NCBI GenBank assembly: GCA_965226795.1
Contig: CBDDDZ010000005.1
Span: forward strand, 2,560,001-2,624,000
Source of the DNA: Candidatus Latescibacterota bacterium
Lineage (GTDB): Bacteria > Latescibacterota > UBA2968 > GCA-2709665
Length of the DNA stretch: 64,000 nucleotides
Direction: 5' to 3'
The position numbers and the translations under genes were made by a program. Below the pieces are notes generated by a model. It saw only the letters and a program-made list of their open reading frames with translations. It had not been told where the DNA came from and searched no databases. Of the stretch, positions 38,082-48,449 are shown one piece after another. The stretch's first letter is position 1, and each line of letters starts with the position of its first letter.

Positions 38082-38862
38082 AAATGTATAGAATCATCAG
38101 ACCAACGATAATGATCCACGCCATATAATGGTATTTTTCGCGCGTCTCGATATACCGTGTTATCCGCGGGAGGTCCGGTCTGAACTTGCCGGACATGGTG
38201 CGTTGCACGTAGGTCTTGTAATACTCGACCAGAAATCGCTCCAATCCTCCGTTCAAGAAAATCAGATAACCGAGCGGCACCGGTGACAGCGGATTATTTG
38301 AAAAGAAAAACAGTGGAGTACAGATGGCCAGCACCGTTGCGGACCGGAAAAACTTCAGGGGGGCGAATCCTTCAAAGGGAGCGTCCTTATATGCCCCTCC
38401 AAGAGAAACCAGCAATCCCGTCGAAAAGGCGACCGCTGCAAATTCCGTGAAATCCTCGATTCGGACTGAAAGAAACAGCAGGGAAAAGACCCCCGACACC
38501 AGAACGACCCCAGCGAAAAGTCGCAACGGTTCGCTCGCAACCGACCGGCCAAAAAACGTAATTCTGGACGGCACAGCGTATTTCGACTGATCCTCCGATC
38601 TGAAGAATCCCTTGTACAGCTCCGCGAGGAACCGTTCCAGGCCCATGATGGCAAAGAAGACCTGGAAAAGGCTCAGTTGACGGAAGCTCCCGTGAAAAAG
38701 GGGCAGCCAATAAAGCGCAGAAAAAATAACGGCATGAAAATATACGCTGCGGGGAAAAGTGCGCCGCTTCAGCCCCTCATACGGAGAATCCTTGAAAGCA
38801 CCCCACAAAGAGGTGTACAAACCTGAAATTAAACTGACGACAAAAGAAATCCAGAAGTGCAT
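38062..38862 (-). CDS. Membrane protein with an internal two-fold repeat
   Basis: Multiple transmembrane segments; repeated GA[FY]KDxP[YF]EG and GLERFLxE motifs; start trimmed to MHFWI. Confidence 0.7.
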   Translation of the reverse strand: MHFWISFVVSLISGLYTSLWGAFKDSPYEGLKRRTFPRSVYFHAVIFSALYWLPLFHGSFRQLSLFQVFFAIMGLERFLAELYKGFFRSEDQSKYAVPSRITFFGRSVASEPLRLFAGVVLVSGVFSLLFLSVRIEDFTEFAAVAFSTGLLVSLGGAYKDAPFEGFAPLKFFRSATVLAICTPLFFFSNNPLSPVPLGYLIFLNGGLERFLVEYYKTYVQRTMSGKFRPDLPRITRYIETREKYHYMAWIIIVGLMILYIYELTVL

Positions 38863-39046
38863 GGATGGCCCTGGTCGGCTCCCGCAGGAATGCGAAACAA
38901 ACGAAATGGATACTTCCGCCAGCCTCACGGACCAGGTTTAGCCCGGAAGGATAAAAAAGACAGAACACGCGGCGGTGCGCATCTTCTGTCTTCCAAAAAC
39001 AGGGTTTTCGAACGGACCGTCCGGCGTCCAGGAACCGGGCGTCAAC

Positions 39047-41509
39047 CTACTTGGCCATGTCGGACGGCCGCGCACTATTTGCTCTCGCCGCGCCCCGGTT
39101 CCGTTTCCATCGATCGAGAATCTCGAGCACCGCGGGCAATACCACAATGGCCGCGACAAAACAGGTCAGCAGGCCGATCACGGCCAGTTTTCCGATGGAG
39201 TTCAACCCGGGATGTCTGGCGGTAATCAGGCCGAAAAAGCCGACCATCGTGGTCAACATAGATACGAGCATTGCGCCGCCGGTATTCCTGAGGATCACAG
39301 GCATCGAATTCGCACCCTCCTCCTGATACCGGTGGAACAGATGTACGCCGTTATCAATACCCATTCCGATGATGGTCGGCAAAGCAACCATATTGTAAAA
39401 GTTCAATTTCATCCCGAAAAGAAACATGCTCCCGCACATCCAGACCGCGCCACAGATGAGCGGCAACATCACAAGCAGCCCGTTGCGAATACTTCGAAAG
39501 TCGATGAACACAATCAGCAGGACGACAAGAAGCGTGATGCTGATCGCCCACCTGCTGTCCCGAATCATCAACTTAAGCATGTCGGCAAAAACGATGCTGG
39601 AACTGGAGGAATAAAACGTCTTGCCGGATTCGGTCGTTATCAAATGCGTGTCGTCCGCAAACTCAATGGCCTTTCGACCGTCTCGAAGTGGCACGCTGGG
39701 ATAAATGAACGCAAAGTGCGCCCGGCTTCCGTCGACGGTGGAGAATTTGCGCAGGATATTCCTCGGCAGGTCATCCACGTTTAGCCTGTTCACATCCATC
39801 AGCTTACGTAAGGCGTCCACCCGCTCCTTCTGCTCGCCCTTCAGCAACTTCGCGCCTTCACCGTCCACAAGCTCCCGCAGTTCGGCGACGACCGCCAGCT
39901 TTTCCTCCTGTTGTTTGGGAAGGAAGGTCCAGATCGTCCTGATCTTGTCGATCGTCGGCGTCGGGTCGTCCCCCGCAATCCTGACGTTCAAGACCGCGAC
40001 AATTTCTTCCAGTTCTTCTTTGCTGTCGGCCAGAACCACGCTCGGAGAATGGGACTCGCCTCTGAATTTGGAAAGCGTATTGATCTTGTCTTTCACCTTC
40101 TTGGATGTGGCAAGATTGGACCGCAAATTAGTAAAATCGTATTCGAATTGTATCCGGCCCAGATTGTAGCCCAGATAGACCGTGACCGCGACAGCAACCG
40201 CGAACACCAACCGCGCCATCGGAAACTTGCCCTTCCGGCCGCCTCGTTCGTGCCCCAGTACGTGTCGCATTCGAACCAGCTTCAGGCGTTCGTCAGCCAG
40301 AACGAGGAAGGCCGGCAGAACCATCGTCATCGACACCAGCGACATAACAATCCCCGTACCCACAATGAAACCGAATTCGGAGAATCCCTTGAAATCCGTA
40401 ATCGTCAGTGAATAAAACGCCATCGACGTGGTCAATGCGGCCGTCATGATTGCCTGGCCCGTCTGGATCAACATCGTCTCGACGGACTGCCTGACATCCA
40501 TCTTCGACATGCGGTCTTCCAGGTACCGGGCAAACATGTGAATCCCGAAATCGATCCCCAGACCGAACAGAATTACAAACAGAAATCCGGTCATTGTATT
40601 CAAGTTGCCAATGGTCCAATAGGTGATGGCAAAAGCCCATGTCAGCCCCATAACGAGCGGGATGGCAACAAAAAAGACAGCCAGCGGCTGCCTGAAATAA
40701 ATCGTGAGAATCAAGACTACACCCACAAAACCGAAAATCAGTGTCGACTTAATATCGTCTAGAATGACGTTATATTCATCGATCTTATTCTTGTACGACC
40801 CTCCAATGGAGATCGTCATCTCGGGATGATAGGATCCCGGATCCAGCGTCTGAGCGGCATTCTGGATTACGCCGTACATCTCTTTGGCGAATCCGATATT
40901 GCTCACCGTTCCCGATGCCATTACCTCCACGGCGACGATGGTGCTGTCCGGATTGGTATAATAGATTTCGTGGCCACGGTCGCCGTCTTCCTTGTACTTC
41001 GCTTCAATATCCGAAAGGTCCAGCGGCTCGTCGCCTTCGTCGTCGTCAAGCTTGAAAAACAACGGGGATAACTTCAGTTTCTCCTGGCGGATGCGATCGT
41101 CGATGCGAAGCTGGATTTCATCCAGATCCTCAAGATCCATATACAACAGCGCGTTTTCTTTGAAAAAATCCACTTCTCGCTTGTAATCGACGTAATTTAC
41201 GTATTTCCAGTACTTTTCGGCCTTCAGTTCTACAGCCAGATCTTCCACGAATTGCCTGGACGCCGTGAAATCCCCACACTCCGCCAGAACAACCAGACTT
41301 CCAACGCCACCCAGCCGTGCCTTAATATCCTCGAGCGTCTTCACGCTCGGATAGTACTCCGGAATCAGGGACGCGATATCCGTCTCGAGGCGCTGGATCA
41401 GACGATAGACAAAAAAGCCGCAAAAAATGGAAAGGAGGGTCGAAACAATAATAATAGCGGCGTACCGTCGATAGATGAAGTCCGCCAGAAACCGCAACCA
41501 TTCCTGCAT
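39047..41509 (-). CDS. MMPL/RND family (HpnN-like) transporter
   Basis: Two RND halves with GLGIDFGIH and GMGIDNGVH motifs. Confidence 0.92.
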   Translation of the reverse strand: MQEWLRFLADFIYRRYAAIIIVSTLLSIFCGFFVYRLIQRLETDIASLIPEYYPSVKTLEDIKARLGGVGSLVVLAECGDFTASRQFVEDLAVELKAEKYWKYVNYVDYKREVDFFKENALLYMDLEDLDEIQLRIDDRIRQEKLKLSPLFFKLDDDEGDEPLDLSDIEAKYKEDGDRGHEIYYTNPDSTIVAVEVMASGTVSNIGFAKEMYGVIQNAAQTLDPGSYHPEMTISIGGSYKNKIDEYNVILDDIKSTLIFGFVGVVLILTIYFRQPLAVFFVAIPLVMGLTWAFAITYWTIGNLNTMTGFLFVILFGLGIDFGIHMFARYLEDRMSKMDVRQSVETMLIQTGQAIMTAALTTSMAFYSLTITDFKGFSEFGFIVGTGIVMSLVSMTMVLPAFLVLADERLKLVRMRHVLGHERGGRKGKFPMARLVFAVAVAVTVYLGYNLGRIQFEYDFTNLRSNLATSKKVKDKINTLSKFRGESHSPSVVLADSKEELEEIVAVLNVRIAGDDPTPTIDKIRTIWTFLPKQQEEKLAVVAELRELVDGEGAKLLKGEQKERVDALRKLMDVNRLNVDDLPRNILRKFSTVDGSRAHFAFIYPSVPLRDGRKAIEFADDTHLITTESGKTFYSSSSSIVFADMLKLMIRDSRWAISITLLVVLLIVFIDFRSIRNGLLVMLPLICGAVWMCGSMFLFGMKLNFYNMVALPTIIGMGIDNGVHLFHRYQEEGANSMPVILRNTGGAMLVSMLTTMVGFFGLITARHPGLNSIGKLAVIGLLTCFVAAIVVLPAVLEILDRWKRNRGAARANSARPSDMAK

Positions 41510-41512
41510 GTA

Positions 41513-42136
41513 TCAATCCTTCCCTTTCCCGTCGGCCTCGTCCTCGTTGATTTTGTCCCTCAGTTTCTCTACAAGACCCTCGTACGACGACTTGCGAATT
41601 TCCTTGTAGAATTGGGATCGATTACTTCTGGCAACACTCAAATCGTCGATCACCATATCGTAAACCCGCCATTTTTCGTTAACCGGATGGAGTTTATAGT
41701 TGATGTCGCTCTGCTCATCCTTGTAATGCACGATGGTCTTCACAAGACCTTCCGTACTGTCGACTGCCGATCCCACATATTCGATTTTATCGGACTTCGT
41801 ATAGAGTTTCGGATCCGCGTAGTTCTTTACGATCAGACGACGGCAGAGGTCCGCGAATTCCGCCTGCTCGGCCTCGGTGCGCTGCTGCCAATAACGGCCC
41901 AGCGCGACCCTGCTGAACCGGTGGAAATCGAACATTTCTTCGACAATCGTCTTCAGTTTTTCCCGTTCCTCGGCCCTCTCTCCCCCTGTTTCCGAACTTA
42001 CAATCGCCTTTATCGATCTGTCCCGAGTCTTCATCATCTCGAGCAGCATCTCCGCCTGATCCGCACCCCACGCGGAGACGTCGCCTCTAAAACCAACAAA
42101 AGCATAAAACACAGTAATATATAACAATATTCTCAT
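41513..42136 (-). CDS. MlaC/Ttg2D (HpnM-like) lipid-binding protein
   Basis: Signal peptide; FDF..FSRVALGRYW, WRVYDMVIDD.S and RSQF motifs. Confidence 0.88.
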   Translation of the reverse strand: MRILLYITVFYAFVGFRGDVSAWGADQAEMLLEMMKTRDRSIKAIVSSETGGERAEEREKLKTIVEEMFDFHRFSRVALGRYWQQRTEAEQAEFADLCRRLIVKNYADPKLYTKSDKIEYVGSAVDSTEGLVKTIVHYKDEQSDINYKLHPVNEKWRVYDMVIDDLSVARSNRSQFYKEIRKSSYEGLVEKLRDKINEDEADGKGKD

Positions 42137-42251
42137 TTTAGCCAGTTCCTCGTGCGGTCTGAAATAAAACCAACCGGCAGAAGGACACCTCCCCGGCCGG
42201 CTCGATACCCGTTCAACGCTTCCAATGATTTTCGCAAACCCATTTCCTTCT

Positions 42252-43691
42252 TCAATCCGCCTTTCCCGAAACCAGCTTATCCGCTTCCGTCGTGCGGGTT
42301 CGCATAATATGTCCGATAAATCCGAAAACGGCGCTCACGACCAGGCCGGAACCGAGCACAAAAATCCAGAAAATCGCTTCGACGCAATTCAAAACCGCCA
42401 GGACACAGAACAAAGCCGCGGAGAAGTCTCGACGACAAGCGAACTTGAGTCCACAATAGATCCGGTGCAAATGTCCGCGACGCTCTTCGGGAACCTCGCT
42501 TGAAAACCCCATATTGAAGCTGACAATACTGCCCGACCCACTCTGCTTGAGGTACACGCAGATGAGCAAGACCGCCAGTACGTGCAGCGCGAGGGCAATG
42601 AATCCCAGGGCGATCATGACCTGTTCACCTGTCAATTTGTACATGCCGTAGATGACACCTGAGAAGAAAGCCAGATAGGATACGTTGTCCGCCACCGTAT
42701 CCAACCATTCCCCAAGGCGGGACCCCGAAAGTTTGAGCTTGGCGATCTCCCCGTCGCACCCATCCACAATAGAAGCAAACTGGAACAGTAGTCCGCCCAG
42801 CGCCACGTGGAAATGGCCCCCTTCCGCCATCGCCCAGCCGGCAAGAAAGGTCACCATCATCGTGGCGATCGAAATTTGGTTGGGCGTCACCGGCGTTCTT
42901 ACCAACAGTCTGGAAATCCAGGAGGAGATCTTGCGGTTGAAATGGCGCGATACAATCCCGTCGGTCGGCTTGCCCAACAGGCCGAACAACGCCCGTTCTC
43001 CCTGGAGCAATGCTTCCGGCGTATCCACATCCTGCCAGAACAGGCCATCGATTTCCACCGCCCGCATGTCTCCTCGCGAAGCCAGGACACGGACACCTCC
43101 CGAGAGCGTTTCGTCACCGCGGGCAACAGAACGCTCAAGCCCGTCAAACAGCGCCGGACTGCAGAGAAAAATACCGGTATCCACCGCGTCGTATTGGCCC
43201 AGCGCTTTTCCGATCTGCAGAATCCGGTCGCCGTCCAGGACGACTTTGGTTGCATCGTCCAAATCCTGAATTCGGTCCAGCCGGGTGTCAACGCACAGCG
43301 CCGATTCGCCGGTGCCCAGTAACAGGCACCGCATACGGGTGATTACCTGCGGTTCGAACAGATGGTCCGCCATCAACAGAAGAAACGGACCCTCCACGCA
43401 ATCCCGGGCTTTAAGGACGGAAAGCCCGTTGCCACGCGTCCATTCCGGGTTTTCAACCCAATCTATGTGCACGTCGATCTGCGGATCGTTTGCAATGGCC
43501 TCGCGTATCTCATCACCTCGATGTCCGATAACAATGGCAAACTCGATAATCCCGGCCCGTTTCGCGGTCAATATAGCCCGCTTCAGCAACCCGACGCCGG
43601 CCACTTTCACCAGCGGTTTTGGCTGGCCGCATCCGTGCCCGTTCAGGCGGCTGCCCATACCGGCAGCAATAATCACTGCCTTATCTACCAT
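42252..43691 (-). CDS. Bifunctional NTP transferase + CDP-alcohol phosphotransferase (IPCT/DIPPS-like)
   Basis: AAGMGSRL..PKPL, MADH and DTG motifs; then TPNQ and the DGCDGEIAK...G.WLD...D CDP-alcohol phosphotransferase signature. Confidence 0.9.
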   Translation of the reverse strand: MVDKAVIIAAGMGSRLNGHGCGQPKPLVKVAGVGLLKRAILTAKRAGIIEFAIVIGHRGDEIREAIANDPQIDVHIDWVENPEWTRGNGLSVLKARDCVEGPFLLLMADHLFEPQVITRMRCLLLGTGESALCVDTRLDRIQDLDDATKVVLDGDRILQIGKALGQYDAVDTGIFLCSPALFDGLERSVARGDETLSGGVRVLASRGDMRAVEIDGLFWQDVDTPEALLQGERALFGLLGKPTDGIVSRHFNRKISSWISRLLVRTPVTPNQISIATMMVTFLAGWAMAEGGHFHVALGGLLFQFASIVDGCDGEIAKLKLSGSRLGEWLDTVADNVSYLAFFSGVIYGMYKLTGEQVMIALGFIALALHVLAVLLICVYLKQSGSGSIVSFNMGFSSEVPEERRGHLHRIYCGLKFACRRDFSAALFCVLAVLNCVEAIFWIFVLGSGLVVSAVFGFIGHIMRTRTTEADKLVSGKAD

Positions 43692-43705
43692 GACGCCCTC
43701 CCCTG

Positions 43706-45088
43706 TTACTCCAGAATCGAATTACCCGTCGCACGCTTTAATGCGACCCAGGCCAGATTAAACTCCAACACCGCCTGATAGTACTTGGCGCGGATAATGC
43801 CGTACTCTTTGACCGCGTCGACCATCTCCCCCGCCTCCTCCAACCCCGCATTGAACCCATCTCTCGCCGAAATAAACCACCGTCTTGTCGCCCGGCGGGC
43901 TTTTCGTGCCGCCCTGATATTGGCTTCCGCCTCAATGAGCGACCGATAGGCGCGTTCGATTTCCAGCCGGGCGCCCTGTACTGCAAGTTGAGCCTGAAAG
44001 CTGAGTTTTTTATAGGCCAGACGGGCTTCTTTCACCTTCGTTGTCGTGGTCGCGAACGACAATGACTGCCGAAAGCCAAGGACGGCGCCAAACTGAGTAA
44101 CGTTAAACTCGTCTTTCAGGAAGGGATTCCGCTGCCGGTCCCTGTTCGGCGCTTTACCGTATTTAAACTGGCCGGCGATAAAAACCTGCGGAAACAGATC
44201 GGTTCGGATGGCGCGCACCTGCGCCGACTGCACCCGTAACCCCTCCCGTAGTTGCCCCAGATCCGGTCGACTCTCGACCAGCGACAGGTAATGTTCCAGC
44301 GGACGGATCTCGACGTTAACCGGTTTGAGGCTCCCGTCGGCGAGAACAAGGGAGTCGGACGGAGAAAGCCCCACGAGGACACGCAACGCCGACCGTGCGA
44401 GCGCCTGACTCTTGTCGACCTTATTTGCATTTTCCTCCACGTCGTACACAAACCTGTCAATCCGGAAAAGATCGGTATACGTAAAATCCCCTGTATCGGC
44501 TTCCAGCTTTTCGAAGATCGTTCGCCGCGCACCGTCAATCTCCGTCCGCGACTCGTTCGCCAAAGCCCGAAGCTGATTTGCCAATAAAAACAGATAGTAT
44601 GCCCTGGCTACCTGCCGCTCCAGGTCGAATCGGGATCTGTTCAGTCCGGCGCGCCGCGCACCGATGCCGCCGGATGCGGCCTCCACGGCCGCATCGAGTT
44701 TGCCGAAGGTGAAGAGTGGCTGAACCAGCGACAATTCGGTTCTCGAAAACACACTCATCTGCCGCCAATTGCTGACCCCTGTAATGGCGTCGCCCCGAGC
44801 TTCCGGCGAGGGTCCTAATATCCATGTCAGATCCAAACGGGGAAGAAATCGCGCGGCATGTACCTGCCTAAGCCTATTCTCAGCGATCTCCAGATCCGCG
44901 TGGGCGGCCTGAATGGACGGACTCGACGCGAGTGCCATCCGCACGCACACGGCGAGATCGTATCGACCCTGTCGCCCGGATTCCGAGTAACACGGACGGA
45001 TACCGATCCCCATCACGCAGATCAGCACAATTAAAACGGGAAGCCTTAACCGCTGTGAATTTTTACTACATGTGTGGATAAATTGCAA
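43706..45088 (-). CDS. TolC family outer membrane efflux protein
   Basis: QPLFTFG, ARAYY and RPDL OEP repeats. Start uncertain: TTG 45088 chosen, the ORF is open to 45178. Confidence 0.85.
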   Translation of the reverse strand: MQFIHTCSKNSQRLRLPVLIVLICVMGIGIRPCYSESGRQGRYDLAVCVRMALASSPSIQAAHADLEIAENRLRQVHAARFLPRLDLTWILGPSPEARGDAITGVSNWRQMSVFSRTELSLVQPLFTFGKLDAAVEAASGGIGARRAGLNRSRFDLERQVARAYYLFLLANQLRALANESRTEIDGARRTIFEKLEADTGDFTYTDLFRIDRFVYDVEENANKVDKSQALARSALRVLVGLSPSDSLVLADGSLKPVNVEIRPLEHYLSLVESRPDLGQLREGLRVQSAQVRAIRTDLFPQVFIAGQFKYGKAPNRDRQRNPFLKDEFNVTQFGAVLGFRQSLSFATTTTKVKEARLAYKKLSFQAQLAVQGARLEIERAYRSLIEAEANIRAARKARRATRRWFISARDGFNAGLEEAGEMVDAVKEYGIIRAKYYQAVLEFNLAWVALKRATGNSILE

Positions 45089-45271
45089 CGCATCACCCGT
45101 CGCCCTCCCTGTTTTTCGGCGCGTCAGTTTATGCACAAAAACTATATAAATATTTGTATATATTAATGATAATGTCATTCGATCCGGATTTTTCCGTTTG
45201 AAGAATCTATGAAGAATTTATATATCACTAGCGAAAGCCGTGCCACGAAACAGTGAACCTGCGACACATGT

Positions 45272-46528
45272 CTAAAGACCCAGCGCCTCAAACATAATGG
45301 TCTGCACCCGCCGGGCTACTTCGACTGCGTCGTGACGTTGAACCGCTGAAACGCGTGCGGCCGAACCCATTCGTTGTCGCAATTCCCTATTCTCAATCAC
45401 CCTGAGGATCGTCTCCGCCAAGCCGACGTCGTCGTTTGGCTTCACCAGAAATCCGTTGTATCCATCACGGATCAACTCCGGAACACCGCCGATTGCAGAC
45501 CCAACCACCGGAGTACCCAGTGCAAGAGACTCGATAACGCTTCGCGGACAGGGGTCAGGCGCCACTGAAGGTACAAGTGTGACATCCATATCCTTCAAAT
45601 ACGGTCTGACGTCAGTACGGAATCCCGTAAACACAACCCGGCCCGAATACCGCCCGTTCGCCACCTTGCGGCGATAGTGATCCAGCAAGTTCAACGACCG
45701 CTGCGGGCTCCCGCCAACAACCACGAGAACCACGTCCTTACGCCGGGCCAGGACATGCTCCATCGCCGACAGCAGAGTATCGATACCCTTCCATGCGACG
45801 ATACGACCGACGAAGCCAAGAACCACTTCGTCCGGTCCGATTCGGTACATCCGGCGCACACACCCCCGAACTCTTTCCGGGTCGAAACTGACCAGATCCG
45901 CGCCATTGTAAACAACACGTACCTTGTCTTCAGCCGACGGAAAATTTCCGGCGCACGCCTCGGATACTGCGACAATTCTCGTCACGGTCGAAGACCGCGC
46001 GAGCCTGTCGAAAAACCAGCCCCTGAAGGATTTACCGTAAAGCGTGCGGCAGTGCCAGACGACCGGAGTGCCGCACGCCATACCGGCCACAGTGCCCATG
46101 AGTTTCACCATCATCTGGTTGCAATAAATCAACGCAACACGCTCTCGGGAGACCATGCGAATCAGATCGAACGTAAACCGCACGCTATCGATCGCATTCA
46201 GAACCACCGACGCGATTCTGCAGACGCGGGTCTGACTCCGGTACCGCATCTCCGCCAGACGTTCCTTCAGTCGGGGTTCAATACGGTATCGGATCCGGTT
46301 TTCCACGAGCTTACTCTTCAACACGCCTTCGTTGGGCATTACGACAAGGGGCTCGATCACCGAAGGATCGAGATGTTTCAATAGGTAAAAGAGACTGTTT
46401 CCGGCGCCTCCCCGGCCCGTACATCCCGTAAGGAAAAGCACCTTGACTCTCTTTTCGCCTTTACCGACGTACAAAACGGGCGACGATACACCGGCCTCGT
46501 CGCCCGTTTGTGCGAATCGCACAGCCAT
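45272..46528 (-). CDS. Glycosyltransferase family 4 (GT-B)
   Basis: VYNG, VGRIVAWKG, GFR.DV and DPCPRSVIESLALGTPVV motifs; TGATG coupling with the upstream gene. Confidence 0.9.
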   Translation of the reverse strand: MAVRFAQTGDEAGVSSPVLYVGKGEKRVKVLFLTGCTGRGGAGNSLFYLLKHLDPSVIEPLVVMPNEGVLKSKLVENRIRYRIEPRLKERLAEMRYRSQTRVCRIASVVLNAIDSVRFTFDLIRMVSRERVALIYCNQMMVKLMGTVAGMACGTPVVWHCRTLYGKSFRGWFFDRLARSSTVTRIVAVSEACAGNFPSAEDKVRVVYNGADLVSFDPERVRGCVRRMYRIGPDEVVLGFVGRIVAWKGIDTLLSAMEHVLARRKDVVLVVVGGSPQRSLNLLDHYRRKVANGRYSGRVVFTGFRTDVRPYLKDMDVTLVPSVAPDPCPRSVIESLALGTPVVGSAIGGVPELIRDGYNGFLVKPNDDVGLAETILRVIENRELRQRMGSAARVSAVQRHDAVEVARRVQTIMFEALGL

Positions 46529-48159
46529 CAGTTCAGCCGCCTGACAATGTGATAGCCCAGAGGCGTCTGAACGACCCCGCTGGTCTCACCCACCCGCAAT
46601 TTCAGCACCGCTTCCTCAAACGCAGGATTCAAATCGCCCGGGGAAAAAAACCCCAGGTCGCCCCCGATCTCCGCTGAAAAATCATTGGAATGTTCACGGG
46701 CGAGTGCCCTGAAATCCTCACCCGCCCTCAGTTTTTCGAGCACTTCCTGCGCCTCGGCTTCAGTTTCCACCAGGATATGGTACACCCATAGCTTACCCGA
46801 TTGTATCCCCTCGATCTCGTCAATCTTCATCTGGGCCGCCCGTTCGATCTCCTCGTTCGGACTGAAGGCTATGGCCTTTGAAAAAGCACGCGCCGCCCGA
46901 TCAAACTCCCGCCTTGACGTATGGGCAAGTCCTATATTGAAATGCACACCCGCATTGGTGGAATCCACCGCCAATGCCCTATTGTACACCTCAAGGGCCG
47001 AGTCGAGGTCCTGCTGCCCCGCATAAATCAAGGCAAGATCACCATAGGGCTCCACTATGTTCGGGTTCAATTGAATAGTCGCCTCCAGCGCTTTCTTCGC
47101 CTGCTCGACGTCTCCTTTCTGCAGATAGACCTGCGAGACGCCGTACTGAATGCGCGCCCGTTCCGCCTCGGGAGCTATTTCCATAATCAGACGATACTCC
47201 TCCAGGGACCGGTCCCAGTTCTGTTGAACGGTATACAGCCTGGCAAGCGCGGACCGCGTATCCAGATCGCCCGGCACCAACCGCGCCACTTTCTCCCACG
47301 CCTCCCGGGCAACGTCCAGTGAGTCCACCTCGGCCGCCATCTGACCCATGGATCGGTGCACCTCCGGATCGTCCGGCGCCACGGAAGCCGCCTGACGGTA
47401 GGCGGCGAAGGCTTCCGTGCTCCGCCGCATCGAATGGTAGATGGCACCCTTGTTTACCAGCAAGGAAACGTCGTTCGGACTCTTCTCCAATTCCTTTTCG
47501 AGCACCAATATCGCCCGTTGGTACAGCTGATTCCCATCCTGATGTTTGCCCAATGCCCCGTAGATCTGCCCCTGATTGATCATCAATACAACACTCTCAG
47601 GGTTGTTCTTCAATCCCTGGTCGAAAACCGAAAGCGCTTTATTGGGGTCCTTAAGTGCGACATGCAACGCCGCCAGGGACTGGTACGCCTCGATATTTTG
47701 AGGATCCAGGGAAATCGCCGCCCTGAGGTCCTGCACAGCCAGCCCCGGATTACCGGCCTGCTTATACAGCATTGCCCTGTCCATCAGCAAGAGGACGGAA
47801 TTCGGAATCTGCCGCAACCCCTCATTCAACACCTCCAGCGCCTCACGACCCCTGTTAAGTTGTACATGAATTCTGAAGAGCGCGTCGTATGGCGCTTCTA
47901 TATTCGGCCCTGACTCGATCGCCTTCTCAAAGGCCCTGATTGCGCCTTCCGCCTGTCCCATCTGCGCAAATACCATGCCGAGGACGCCATGAGCATTTGC
48001 GCTATCCGGAAACATCTCTGCGAACAACCGCGCCGTGACCAGCGCGGAATCGGCTCGACCTCGAGCCCCATGGGCGCCAATCTCCGCCAGGAAATCCCTG
48101 GCAGCCGCGCCTTCGTTCCACAGTATCAGGCAACAGATTACGATAATCGTTCGTTTCAA
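46528..48159 (-). CDS. Secreted TPR protein with a C-terminal parvulin-type PPIase domain
   Basis: Signal peptide, many TPR repeats, HILV...GGDLG.F...GYHIV. Confidence 0.9.
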   Translation of the reverse strand: MKRTIIVICCLILWNEGAAARDFLAEIGAHGARGRADSALVTARLFAEMFPDSANAHGVLGMVFAQMGQAEGAIRAFEKAIESGPNIEAPYDALFRIHVQLNRGREALEVLNEGLRQIPNSVLLLMDRAMLYKQAGNPGLAVQDLRAAISLDPQNIEAYQSLAALHVALKDPNKALSVFDQGLKNNPESVVLMINQGQIYGALGKHQDGNQLYQRAILVLEKELEKSPNDVSLLVNKGAIYHSMRRSTEAFAAYRQAASVAPDDPEVHRSMGQMAAEVDSLDVAREAWEKVARLVPGDLDTRSALARLYTVQQNWDRSLEEYRLIMEIAPEAERARIQYGVSQVYLQKGDVEQAKKALEATIQLNPNIVEPYGDLALIYAGQQDLDSALEVYNRALAVDSTNAGVHFNIGLAHTSRREFDRAARAFSKAIAFSPNEEIERAAQMKIDEIEGIQSGKLWVYHILVETEAEAQEVLEKLRAGEDFRALAREHSNDFSAEIGGDLGFFSPGDLNPAFEEAVLKLRVGETSGVVQTPLGYHIVRRLN

Positions 48160-48242
48160 CCGACCGCCTCCATTTGAATGGTTAATTCGGCAACCTTCCT
48201 GATATCCTCAAATCGTTCCGGATCCGCATATCCGCGAAACCC

Positions 48243-48271
48243 TTGACAAGTGCCTGGAATCCCGGTATAAT
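48243..48271 (+). promoter_or_regulatory. Perfect consensus sigma70 promoter
   Basis: TTGACA (48243-48248), 17 bp, TATAAT (48266-48271). Confidence 0.85.
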
Positions 48272-48449
48272 CCTGAGACTTTCGATTCACCCGTCGCTGC
48301 GGCGTCCATTGACTTTCGTCGGCGCCTGTCCTGCCGGTCGTCGACTCCCCGAACTCAGTTTGACAGTGCTTTTCCCGCCGCGGCAGGCGACTTCCGCCCC
48401 GCATCCCCGGTCAACGTCGACAACGCCTTAGAACCCTCTGTTTCCTTGT

